DNA of 63,993 bases, counting the filler, from Basidiobolus ranarum (Eukaryota), in NCBI GenBank assembly GCA_040143965.1. It is 6 parts of 6 records of this genome, joined end to end, with 100 filler letters (N's around TTAATTAATTAA, not from the genome) between each part and the next. Parts side by side here need not be neighbours in the genome. Positions count along the whole stretch, not along the records: positions 43,158 to 53,833 come from JASJQH010007555.1; positions 53,934 to 63,993 come from JASJQH010007622.1; 4 more parts are not named here. One strand, 5' to 3'. Below, one piece after another: positions 49,982-61,924 of this stretch. Every line of letters begins with the position of its first letter. Within the stretch, counting starts at the first letter, position 1. The position numbers and the translations under genes are program-made. The notes beneath the pieces are model-generated. The model made no database searches. It saw nothing but the letters and a program-made list of their open reading frames with translations, and had not been told where the DNA came from.

Positions 49982-51903
49982 ATGACCTATGAACTTCTTC
50001 CACTCAATCATCCTACAGAGCAGGAGATATGTTGCCAAAAAAATAACAGACTACAAAATCGTGCTTATCAGATCACTTCTTTGTATAAGATATTGGCTAT
50101 CCTTTTATTGACGTGCTCCTTTTTTTGGGCCATCCTATTAAGCAACCGCCAGGTAAAGCAGAGTACTTGGGACAATGAACGTTGGACAGAGATGATGAGT
50201 TTAGCGAAGGGATATGAAACTAGTCAAGAGGATCGGTCATTTTGTAGCCAAGAGTGGAAAACCAATGTTCGTCCTATTCATAACATACCAGGCTGGGAGA
50301 GTTTACACTATACCTCTTTTGGAAAGAAGTTGGAGCAATGGTTTGAACATACACAAAGAGAAGTAAGTAAACGATTATGTCTAGTTAGGCTACAGGTATT
50401 AATATAATCATTCATATAATTAGGCATATTGCAATCCTACGGCTAAGTCTTCCAAGTTTGTGGTTATGAATACTGGTGCAGGAACTGGTAAGAGATAATG
50501 TTCATATCAGTGTTATTCTTGGATGCTTACTCTTAATTAAAGGAAACCGAATGCAAACACTGGCATCACAGCTAGTCCTGGCTGTATTAACCAACAGAGC
50601 TTTGCTTGTGAACTGGCCCAATAATTCAGGTGAACATGGATGCTTCTTTCACCAAATCTTTATGCAGCCGTTTCCCTGGTCTCTCAACCATATCTCATCT
50701 CACTTTGTGAATTCTACCGACCCTACATCCCTTATTTTTGATTTGGAAATGCATAGTTCTCCAAAAGAAGTGGTATGTCAGGATATTTCTTACGTCTATG
50801 AACACAAAAAACTGGTGTACTGGACCACAGACGAGTATTTCTTACCCTCTCTCTTAACTAACCCGGTTTATCGACACTATTTCTGGTCTGAAGATCTGAA
50901 GACACCTATCATCCAAGAGGACATCTTAATCAGATTTCTTCTCAATTATCTTTTCTCTCCAGTACCTGACCTTCGGGAGTTGATAGATAGTACAGCTAAA
51001 ACTATTTTTCCCGAAGGAAAATGCGATCTTGGTGTCCATATGCGAATGAAAGGAGTTCAGAGGATTCTTCCCTCTGAAGAAAGCCTATTTCCACTATGTG
51101 CTGCGAATTCTTTAGCAACTAAAGGTTCCAGTATTTTGGTACAAGACCCATGGACACTTGAGAGGATTACAACACCTCATGCACCTCTCAACAAGACGAT
51201 CTTCCTGGCAACAGACCATAATCCGTATCGAGATTTCTTCAAAAAATCACTTCCCAACACTAATATTGTATATAACCAGGCAGGTGTTCCAGGCAACATT
51301 ACTTCCACATGTGGTGGAGTAAAATCAGCCATAGTGGACTTATTTCTTCTACAAAAATGCGACTCAATCCTGACCACACAATGGTCTTCATTTTCCTATA
51401 TGTCACATGCTATGGCTGGAGTAGCACCAGTAACGGTGGCACGCCTACTACCAACACTCAAGGTTGACCCAGAGAATATCTCCCCGGCAACAGGATGTCT
51501 TCAATTACCCTCCTCGGAGCCCTTATACTTCGAACAAACACATCTTAGACTTTTTAGCTGCTTTGATAAAGAGGTGATGATGCCGCCTGAACGGTCTAGC
51601 TGTATTGCAGGATTTTGCGGCGGCTTTTGTCTTCATCATGACAGCGTCTTTCATCGGTATCTGCCACTTGTCGTGTGGGATTCACCACAATTTGTTTACT
51701 GGACAATTGCCTATATTATGATAGTATCTGGAATAGCAGTAATGCTTATTACAATGAAGAAGATCGTGCCACGACAATCCTTGGGATTATGCTATAGGTT
51801 AACATTTAGAGGATATGTCATTGGCTCCAGTATTATTTATTGGGGGCTCTTTGTAACATTTGGAGTTCTATCCACAATATTTGGGTTGAAAGAACGAACT
51901 TAA
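49982..51903 (+). CDS. GT37-like (plant xyloglucan FUT / NodZ superfamily) alpha-fucosyltransferase, 3 exons, one N-terminal and two C-terminal TM helices
   Basis: Exons 49982-50362, 50424-50487 and 50543-51903 reconstitute GAGTGNRMQTLASQLVLAVLTNRALLVNW. Also LGVHMR, IFLATD, AIVDLFLLQKCDSILTTQWSSFSYMSHAMAGVAP and GC...SSEPLYF. Confidence 0.82.
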
Positions 51904-52217
51904 TTTAGTACTGCAATATTTTCCCATGGATTGTTCTACCATTCACAAATCCCTAATGTCAGGCATTTTTGAGGCAGCAGAAACCGCCGATCTGCCAACC
52001 AAGGAAATCGTATCATCTCCCTATTGAGTGATGATTAACATCAAAAATTAAGAATATATTCCAGAATATTTGATATTATAATATAATGTGCAAATGGAGC
52101 AGATCTAATAATTTATGCTAGATATTATAATCTAATTACATATAGTATTCTCTCCCCCAACAAATCAAAATATATCAATGGCAAATGCCATTTTTTTTCT
52201 GCTTATTATGCAGTTAT

Positions 52218-52435
52218 TGTTGAAATTAGCATTGCCTAAACACCTATATTGTCATATATAGCTCGTATTTAGTTATCCTATATTGAACTATGATATCAGC
52301 CATTATTCTCAAGAGGATTTTACTTGCTATATTTTTACAAACTTGGATGTTCTCAGATATACAGATTTTTCAAACTTGTGTTAAAAGCTCCAAACTTTGC
52401 ACACATGCTCCTGAGACCTTCCTTAACACATTTTA
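52218..52435 (+). mobile_element. 5' two-thirds of copia family A LTR, interrupted by an inverted copy
   Basis: Starts TGTTGAAATTAGCATTGCC and aligns with the reverse complement of 52769-52565. Confidence 0.88.
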
Positions 52436-53405
52436 TGTTAAAGTCTCTGGGAGCTAGTTGGAATTGGTTTGGAGAATTAGAGACATTGGTGGTTTTCACT
52501 TGTTGATTTATTGAGTTGTAAGTTGACATTTATAGTTTTGTCAGAATGTAAACAAATCAACATGTAGAATGTGTTAACGAAGGTCCCAGGTACATGTATG
52601 CAAAGTTTGGGGCCTCTAGCACAAGCTTGAAAAATCTATATATCTGAGAACTTCTAAGTTAGTTATAATCCAATTGAGAATAATTGTAAATATCTTGGTG
52701 AACTATAAGATAACTAGGTACTAAGCTATATATGACTATATAGGTGCTTAGGCATTGATAATTTCAACACTCTCCCTCAACTAAATAGTCATACAAACTA
52801 ATTCTAATAAAGGTCTAAATTTCTCAAATTTCTGTCAAGCCAATGGTTTGGTTTATATATCAGCAATCATGTCTTCTGTAGAATAATGAGTCAAGTCAAT
52901 AAGTTTATTCTCTATAATCTCTCTAATGAGTTGATGTCTAATATCTATATGTTTGCTTCTATTATGAAACATGGGACTTTTAGCTAATTTGATACAACTT
53001 TAATTATCTTGAAATATTGTCTCCATTAGGGTAGATTTTGGATTACATTCTTCCATATTGAACTTCTTTAGTATATCTAGACTATACTTGGACTAGTTTA
53101 AATTTATTGTTTTGGTAGTTCTATCTATCATAATTGGTGATTCCAAGATAGTATGTCAGTTCACCAAGATCCATCATTTTGAACTTGGCAGATATGCTGG
53201 ATATGGTTTTCTCCAAAGTCTTCAAGTGATTGTTCACTATAATAAGGCCATTTACATATAAGGTTAATAAAGCTGGGTTTGTCTTATCTGGCCAGAAGTA
53301 GATATTATAGTCAGCCTTACTCTTTTGTAATTTGAGTGTTACCAAAAAAGCCTCTATCTTGCTATTCCAAGCTCTTGAAGATTGTTTTAAGCCATAGAGT
53401 GTTTT
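52436..53405 (-). mobile_element. Ty1/copia family A 3' end: disrupted RT/RNase H, polypurine tract and complete 334-bp 3' LTR (52436-52769)
   Basis: KTLYGLKQSSRAWN, LYVNGLII (decayed YVDD), MMDLGELTYYLGI, DN*SCI, KHIDIRH, EDMIADI*TKPL. PPT TTGAGGGAGAG directly precedes TGTTGAAA...TTTAACA. Confidence 0.93.
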
Positions 53406-53833
53406 CCCCTAACAGAAATTTGAGCATTGCTATGGTAGGAAAACCATCACAACTTTAATCCATTTTGGATTGACCATTTACTTCCCATCATAAAATTGTC
53501 AAGTTAGAATTGATTTTAACCAATTTTTTCAGTTTCAGGAGTGAAATTTCAAAATATTTCAAAATAGTTGCACACGATTGGCTACAATCTCAAAGAACTA
53601 TGGATTCACACATGTTCAAAAAATGTAACTCAAGTTTTACATATTTATCAATTGAATGCTAATTTGTCACCTTCTAAATCCCAGTTTCTTTGATATATTC
53701 TCCTGAATATTTTTAGAGTTCTTCATACCCAAGGTTTAGCTCATATTCAACCCAAGTTTGTATCAATATCTCCATCAAAGCCCACCATGGTATTAATGTT
53801 GCTGAATCAACATTCTTCCAGCTATCCAGCAGA

Positions 53834-53933
53834 NNNNNNNNNNNNNNNNNNNNNNNNNNNNNNNNNNNNNNNNNNNNTTAATTAATTAANNNNNNNNNNN
53901 NNNNNNNNNNNNNNNNNNNNNNNNNNNNNNNNN
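53834..53933. other. Artificial contig linker
   Basis: N44-TTAATTAATTAA-N44. Confidence 0.98.
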
Positions 53934-53956
53934 ATTAGTTAGATCTGCTCTGCTGA

Positions 53957-54150
53957 TATATCCTGCTTAAACAGTTCTAAGATTCTGCACTTAACTGTTT
54001 CTTTGGTTCAGTAAAGTTCAAGACTTTTTATCCACTTTTCTCTTAGATACAACAATATAACCTGCTTAAACAGTTCTAAGTTTCTGCACTTAGCTATTTC
54101 TTTGGTTAAGTAAAGTTTGAGACTTCTTATCCACTTTTCTCTTGGATATA
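53957..54150. repeat. Diverged 99-bp tandem duplication, probably within a retroelement remnant
   Basis: CCTGCTTAAACAGTTCTAAG...ATCCACTTTTCTCTT occurs twice, 99 bp apart. The minus-strand translation repeats REKWI.SL.LY.TKE..KCR.LELFKQ. Confidence 0.75.
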
Positions 54151-54361
54151 AGACCAATTGTAAATTGTCCCAACAGAATTTATCAGGTAATGATTGGCAG
54201 AAGTTGTAGAAATGATATGAAACCAATTATTGTACTATCCTAAAGTAATATCAGGTACACTGTTGGACAATCACTTGCAAATACCAAGTCAAGGTTGCTA
54301 GAGCCAAAAGGATTCATTGTAGATATGAGGATGTATATCACAGGAAAACTGGAGGAAATAC

Positions 54362-54653
54362 TGCTGAAAGTGACATAACTTAAGCATCTCTACAGTCATT
54401 TCACTAGCTACCTAAATTTTACTATGCTGCATTTCAATTTTTTCACTTGGAATTCTTTACAAACTTAGAGGTTCTCAGATTATATGATTCTGAAAATTGG
54501 ATCAAGAGTTCCCAAACTTTGTTCTCTACATGTTGGCTTATCTACTTCTTGACAAAAGTATAAATTTAATCTTGCATAAAATAGATCAGCAAGTAAAGCC
54601 TCCCAAATGCTTCTAGTTCTTTAAATCACTTCAAACAACTCCCAACATCAACA
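54362..54653 (+). mobile_element. Solo LTR, copia family A (diverged)
   Basis: TGCTGAAAG...CATCAACA, similar to the reverse complement of 6288-6599. Perfect 5-bp TSD AATAC at 54357-54361 and 54654-54658. Confidence 0.8.
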
Positions 54654-55376
54654 AATACAAGCCGAGGGGTAGGAAAACCATGGAAAATTATTAAAATACC
54701 ATAATATCCACAAAAGAAGTAGGAAAATTGTGTGAAATCTAACTTGGTTTTTTTTCTTAGGGGAAATATCTCCACATTGCCTGCGGCAGATTGAATTACA
54801 CACGCGATCAATTTAGTAGACTTAGCTTAAAAGTGACAATACTTGTTCAACTAGAACTAATTGATCTCATTCCCACTCCAAAACTAAGCTTTATCTCGAG
54901 TTAAAAGTTTGTATAATTTTTACGTAAGATATTTTTAGATTCTCTAAACTTGATCTAATAGGATAGCACGGCACTGTAGCGCCAGCAATGTGTGGAAAGA
55001 GCAAATATGGATATTGATCGACTCGTTGGCGCCATAATCAATAGATTTGCAACGCCATGTTCCGAAGTACAGTTTCGCATTTGCCAAGCAGGCATAGCAA
55101 CCAAGAGTTATGCACAGAGTGAAGTAAAATTAGAGTCACATAAATACGGTTATATTTTCCACTAATTCAAAGGGATTTAGATGATTAAGCGAAGGATTAA
55201 ATGCTGATTGGTGGCAATGGAGCACAAAGGTACGATATTGTTAAATAATTAACACAAAAGATAGAATCAAGTAGAATAAGACATATGAATTACAAGTGAG
55301 ATTACAAATTGGTACGAAACCGGTTCCACCAAGATTAAAATGAGATATCCTAATAACATTATGAACAATTCTCTTA

Positions 55377-56668
55377 CTAACTCCAAAAAGACTTTTTCCG
55401 ATTCATGGGGCGCGATTCCTCGCCAACTGTGGTGTACTTGGCATCCCGAGGTATCATTCGCTGGTGTCGGTCCACTTCGATACTACGAAGTCTCGTACTA
55501 GTTAACGTGATTTTAACTGTCTCTTCCGATTCCAACAGCTCCTCGAACCTTCTGGCTTTGGTTGGGTCCACCTTTTAATAAGTAATGTTAAAAGAAATAT
55601 TACTGTAACTAGCGTCAAAAGGTATGACCTACTTGGTAATTTACATTAGGTGGAGACGATGACAGCGATAGATCCGAGAGTGAACTCCCCCAACGAGAAT
55701 ACCTCTGACTAGAAGCTATACTAAAAGGCTTGGGCGCTAGATACTTCTCATTAGATTCCAGGTTTTGGGGCCTAGTTTCGAAATTTCTTGCTCGGACCTC
55801 GGGTCTCCTCTTCTTGGTTTTAAATCCATGCAAGAAGCGGACAAACAGATTCATTCGCTCTTTTGTGCAACCTGAATCAATGGACGTGCGAATAGTGAGA
55901 ATTGATTCGTCATCCTCAGAATCAGATTGCGACCCGTACACCGAAGATTTAGCATTCAAAGAGTATGTGGTTACTATATTTCGTTCTGGTGTCCCACCAT
56001 ACCTTTCTAACCGCTTCTCCTGAGAATAAGGTTAGATTCAAGCTAAGACAGAAAATATGTCACTGATCACTTACTTCTAGCGAATTATACAAGTCAGTCT
56101 TTACAAACGATCTCCTTAATGAGGCATCTGTACGCAGAATCTCCTCAATGGTTCGCTCACTCACGGTTGAGTCCGACCGAGGGATCACCAATATCGCCGC
56201 TTGGGAAAGTATGAGCCTCCCGATTACCTCCAAGGTTCCGGATAGATATGCCGCAGACTGAAAATCCAGAAATATTTTGTCATCAGTATTTTTGACATGA
56301 ACACCGCTTCCTAAGGTTGAATACCAAGAGCACTGCAGGCGAACCTGCTTAGTCACGTGCTCTTTGGTGTATTCTGACCATTCCTCAACTTTCGAATGGT
56401 TTTTAAACTGAAAGAGGGAGGTAAACTCCCAAGCCTGCTCAATAATTTGACTAGCAAGGCCTTGATTTGGAAATAGATTTTTAGTGGTCAAGGTAAACCG
56501 TTCGGAATACCCTTCATGATCATATGCTTCTTTAATGTAAACAACTATCAGACGCTCAAGGAAAATATTGAGAGTCTGAACAGCTATTCGAGTAATATCA
56601 CTAGCACCATGTCTAACGGCTAAACTTTTGGCTGCATGAGGCGAAATGAACCAAAGCTCTACGTACAT
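55377..56668 (-). CDS. Conserved fungal protein with N-terminal histone-fold-like segments and a short conserved C-terminal motif, 3 exons
   Basis: Exons 56668-56075, 56019-55633 and 55571-55377 splice in frame (GTAAGT/CAG, GTAGGT/AAG). SAAYLSGTLEVIGRLILSQAA resembles the H2A-type helix. C-terminal RRFEELLESEETVKITLT..RLRSIE. Confidence 0.7.
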
Positions 56669-57229
56669 GAAAATAACATTAATTTTTGAAGTCAAACTGG
56701 GACCAAAATAGCGTTCAATACCTTTGTGCATTTGATGTTTTAGCACGTAACGATGGCCTCCGTATTAGTAAACGAAGGGATGTTTGGTCGAAGAGAAGGG
56801 CTTTTGGTAGGCCAGAGTATCTAATAAACACAAAGATAGTAGATGCGAGTGGGTGTATGAATAAACTGTCCATGGTGCGATATGCCCTTTTATTCTTGAA
56901 ATGAGGGCCTGAGCAGGCTACTAGCAAGAATGGTATCTGTAGGACAGAGAAGATAAAGAAACATTTATAACCAAAGTTAACTAGTCAAGTAGCTTTGTGC
57001 TATGTAAACTGGATTAATGTGCAATGATTAGATCATTGCATCTGACTGTTTTTAAGGATTTCCAGTTATTTCCTCTGCGCTGGGGAGAGTCTACTACATC
57101 GCAGCGGGCTGAAAACATGGTGGGCATTAAGGCCGCATAATTGGTAAACATGGATGCTTTGATTGTAATTATTACAATGTCAACGATAATGAGTAGGGAT
57201 GCATAATATTATACTACGGATATTACTGC

Positions 57230-59530
57230 TTGTCTTGAAGAACAATACTCGAGTCTGAGTACAATGCCACCGAGCCACTCATTGGTACCAAATGTTTTGT
57301 TATGGTGCAGAAAGGCAAGTGTTTCTACTAAACATACTGCACCAATGTTCCGAATTAATTAAAGAAATCAGAGTATGTGAGCAGGGTATCGTGTGGCCAA
57401 CATATTGGTGGTCTAACTGTATTGATTCCATTGTTCCAACGTCCAAATCAATATCTGGTTGAGTGTTGAATATGGAAAGCCGAGCAAATTCTAAAAAAGA
57501 TTATTTACAACACTGCAAGAGGCCAGGTGGTTTAGTGTGACGTGACTGGACTGGGGGTAGTCGTACTTATCCATGATATATGTAGTAAATAATGATATCA
57601 ACATCAGAAATAGCGTTGTTCATCTTAACAACGCCATTGGACCAGCCTATCAGGCCCGGTTGATGTTGCAGTACTGCAGCTCACACTGTGAGAAATTAGA
57701 ACAATGTAAATCATGATGAGGAGTGCTAGTGTCACAAGTTTAGCTGATGTTCAACTTTTTTCACGATGAATCTCTAGCAGGAAAAAGGGGCTGTTTATCA
57801 AGGTAAAACCAGAATACTTGCTTAGAAAGCCGTATGATAGATTCGCTGATGCTTGGTAGACACAGAGTCATTTGTGGGATGAATATACAGATACGTCTTC
57901 ATAAGACTGAATATTTAACACGGGGAATACGGGAGAATAGAGTCATTCAAGAACTTGGACGGTCTACAACACCGTAACGTTGAGCTAAGCACTATGCGTA
58001 TTGTTCTAAGATAGTTGTGGGCAAACTGTCTTTGGAAGCGTGCAGAAATTTTGCTGCAATAGGTTGGCACAACATACTCAGCATATGCCTCTATGGCGAT
58101 GCTCACGTCATTAATGAAAGAATATGGGATAATTAAAATGGTGCTACTATCTATCAAGTTCTTTTATCAAATGATTCTCATAGAAATACTAACGCTGTCC
58201 TTTTCTGAGCAGGATTGTCATTGGAAAAGATGGCAAAGAAATTAGATCTTGATTCCGCTGGTTAATTACTTGACTTAACTAATGGATGCTAAATAGTAAC
58301 CAATACTAAGCTACACCGTAATTTACCTACAAGCTTTTGACAATCATTCAAAGTTAGAATGTCCAAAAGCTGAATTCTTGAATCAGCTTATCACTTCACA
58401 GAACGGTGCTAATCAGACAAGCCGGTTACTAATCTAATCAACAAGACATGATGTCAATCACCAATATCTAAAGCATCGCTTGTGTGGTAGGAATGGACAA
58501 TCGCCACTTCACTATTGTAAGGCAAGAAAGCATCAAGTGCGAAACATTCGAATAGCCAGGGCTAAGATCAAAGAGCTTTGCCAAATGAGCATAACAAGAA
58601 TTCGGAACTAGCATTTCAGCTATCTTGGGTTTTTGGCTATAAGCCCTATTGAGATCATGACTTCATTTGGCACTGGTAGTTGCTTCACACACTTTTCGTA
58701 TATTGATTTCCGGAAAGCCAGGCACTCTTACCTAACCAAACTCCGATAATTTATTATGGTACTTTTATCTCAAACTTCCAATATCAGCAAGTATCTCTTT
58801 AACACGTGCACACAGCAATTATTGGATATGCACAAACTTAATGTGTAGCTTTAGTACCTAAAGTGAACTATAAATGTGGTCTCTACCAAGATAATATCTA
58901 GGTTAATAAATCGAAGGATTACATTAGAATTACCAATGCTGAATGCTATTCTAATATGTCGAAAGACATTCGTGAAGTTCACTCTGGATCACTGTACTCT
59001 GAATCAGAGGCTTCAAGCTATAACTAGTATTGTGTCAAAGAGACGAACATTACCAATACTTCACTGTCACCAGCGGCAATGCTCACTGTTTATAAGTGGC
59101 ATATTATATTCATTATTAGTATCACACCGTATCACGGTTTACCAAAGCAAAGTCTACTGAAAGGATATTGTATGTTCTTTCGTTAAGTGCATCATGTGAA
59201 TACTGATGTTAGTGTATGCAACCCAAAATTACCAGTTACTAACTAAGATACCCAATGGCTTAACTTTGTATGCTGACGATCTTCTCTACAGTGGGTGCTT
59301 TTGCATAGCAATTCTGGCTAAAGAGATCAGTATTCATTTACCTAAATATGTCATCAAATCTATCCATAATTTTGGCTTTAACTCTGCAAATCAGGTTGTT
59401 GTGACCGGCTGCAATAATAACGTGTTTTTGACTCTATATCTCATATATATGCCAGTTTGTACGACTTGTGATAGTAAGGTACACCCCAAATCATCTAGTC
59501 AAAATAATGCGAGACAAATATCATAGATCA
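57230..59530 (-). pseudogene. Probable decayed multi-exon gene of unrecognised family
   Basis: Protein-like segments with in-frame stops or shifts, bounded by splice-like sites: DICLALF*LDDLGCTLLSQVVQTGIYEI*SQKHVIIAAGHNNLICRVKAKIMDRFDDIF|GTAAAT, HLAKLFDLSPG/FALDAFLPYNSEVAIVHSY, RIQLLDILTLNDCQKL|GTAGGT, TFGTNEWLGGIVLRLEYC. Confidence 0.45.
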
Positions 59531-60641
59531 CTTTGGCTATACCTAATTACGAACTATGCTGAAAATACTGCATAAATGTATGAATGAAGACTAAATACTA
59601 TATTGAAATTTATCCATAGCCAGGTGTGATCAAGCCGCCATTATGTCCATATTGTTTGTTCGTAGCCGATAGTTTTACTCTTGTGGCATTAGGTTTATCT
59701 CATTACTTCGCTTTCACTACAAAGCCCAACTATCTTCCATCTCCCCATGACAAGTGTAGCCAACAGTCAAGACAACTAAGACGCGGCTTTGAAGCCTTTT
59801 TCTCTTCATTGTAGCGATTCTAGAACCCATCCACTTGCTGTGTAATTTCATTTAGCTTGCATGAGGCAGCCTGTTAATTTTGCACAAATGGATTACAAAC
59901 TGCTTTTGTAAAACATGGACTCGACACATGAGTGGTCACCTCCCACTCCGTATGGATCCCAATGTTTGTTGAAACCAACTTAAATGAATTATATATAGCA
60001 TTGTTCCACTGTTTATGGAAAATTAGGAATTGAAGAATTCCAAAGCCGTTAACATTACCTGGATTTCGTATGCGTTGATGTGACTTTTAAGAATATCCTT
60101 CCATTCCCGTTTACAACTTAAGGTTGCTCTCTAGCTAGGAGTGTTAAAGGCTAGGCTCTCAATCTATCATCATAGAAGACGATTGTTTAAAAGAGCAAGT
60201 CAAGATAAACCAAAAAGATTGTTTGCTACCCTTACCATTGGGGAAATTTCTTGCAACAAAAACCGGACATAAGCTTGTATGTCTTGATTGAACGGTTGAT
60301 TTTTAGCATACTTTTACTTCCCTTAAATTGTTTACGTACTCTTTAGACTTGAATACACTTTATCTAACAAATATCCTTTCTGTATTTCTATCGTCTCTTT
60401 ACAATTCTTTACTTTGAATTTCTTTTCCCCAATTCATTTCGTGGTATTATTTTTTCCGCATTACTTTTTCATTGTTCTTATTTCAATAGTTATTATTACT
60501 CCTTAGTCCTAGATATCTTGAACCTTTTACCCTCTTTACCAAACACATTCAGCATACTTACTGGTGGTATATCGGATAATAACTGTTGTATACTAAAAAT
60601 ACTTCAGACAAGTCGTCGGAGCTAGTAAGCCGTAAGAGATT

Positions 60642-61400
60642 ATGCATGATACTCAAAAGACGTGCAAATGTTGTACTAGGAGAAGCGCATTGGCAGCCAC
60701 TTCAAAACTCAACAACAAAGTTAAGCCCGCTGTAGTGAAGAATGGGTCCAAAGTAACTAAACCTATTGCGAAACGCCCCAATCGTACTACTGGAGCCCTT
60801 GAAAAGCCCAGTCTAAGAGTGAAGGAACTTCGTGAAGTAGGAAAAAGAGCTCCACTTAAATACACTATTCCTGACATAGTTGTTGAAAATTCTGATAACC
60901 TACCTCAGGTACTTCAAGATAGGATTCAAGGAGAAAATAAGGGAGTTTGGTATTGTGTCAAACCTTCCCGTCCAAATTGCTTTCCTTACCATAACAATTC
61001 GGTATTCCTTCCTCCCTATTATTTACCTGATCCTGGAACCTTTGTATTCGTGAAACAGCCTCAAGTATCTTCAAATATTGAGACTGCTCCTACAATCTCT
61101 CCGGATAATACTCAAGTTCAGCCATCCCTAAACCCCTCGTCCAGCCCTGCAAGAACCCTGTCTAGACGTTCAGTTTCAGCAGCTACAATACATTCTACTC
61201 GTCGATTGTCCGAATTTTACCCTGCTCGATATGAGCGAATTGACCCTGAATCTAATGGATTTTTCTTCAAGATCGCTTTATCCGCTAACAAGTCCACCTT
61301 ATTCAAACGACTTCGACGCCTATTTGAGGCTAGTAACAGAAGATTCTCTTTGCGAAGGAAAAGGTCCGAACTTCAGTCATTAGTACAAGAGTGCTATTAA
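60642..61400 (+). CDS. Hypothetical basic, Pro/Ser-rich protein (252 aa, intronless)
   Basis: 759-bp ATG-started ORF in AT-rich DNA, preceded by a pyrimidine-rich leader. No recognised domain. Confidence 0.65.
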   Translation: MHDTQKTCKCCTRRSALAATSKLNNKVKPAVVKNGSKVTKPIAKRPNRTTGALEKPSLRVKELREVGKRAPLKYTIPDIVVENSDNLPQVLQDRIQGENKGVWYCVKPSRPNCFPYHNNSVFLPPYYLPDPGTFVFVKQPQVSSNIETAPTISPDNTQVQPSLNPSSSPARTLSRRSVSAATIHSTRRLSEFYPARYERIDPESNGFFFKIALSANKSTLFKRLRRLFEASNRRFSLRRKRSELQSLVQECY

Positions 61401-61924
61401 AGTTCATAGAGAATGATGTGTGAAGAAGTTGAAATTCTATTGCAGATCGGGACCACCTTTTTTTGACACTTTTACTTCCATAATGAAACACCGATCATTG
61501 TTCGCATAGAAGCAATGATCATATCTTTATGACCCCATTTATTGATTCAGAAATTCTTAATCCCAATTTTTCTGAGTGTATACTGCTGGAAACACAGCAT
61601 GTACTTGAAATCGGCAGGATGAAGGTTTTCCTCTTTATAATTTTATTCCTGTTTAACATTCTTTAACATTGAGTAACCTGATTATTTGGAATACCGCTTT
61701 GGATTGATGACTACTCTAGTTGTGATCTTGTTCTGGTAATCTCTTAACCCCCTCCCATCTCTCCATCTATATCAGGTACTCCTCAAGCTCCAAACCCATA
61801 AAAGATAATTGCCTTTTTGATTCATCTTATATTGCTACGTTTCCTATGCCGATTTTAGACATTAAGTATATGCGCATGTATTTATTGAATAAAATCCCCA
61901 TTCGAATTAGCTCATAAAGACTGA

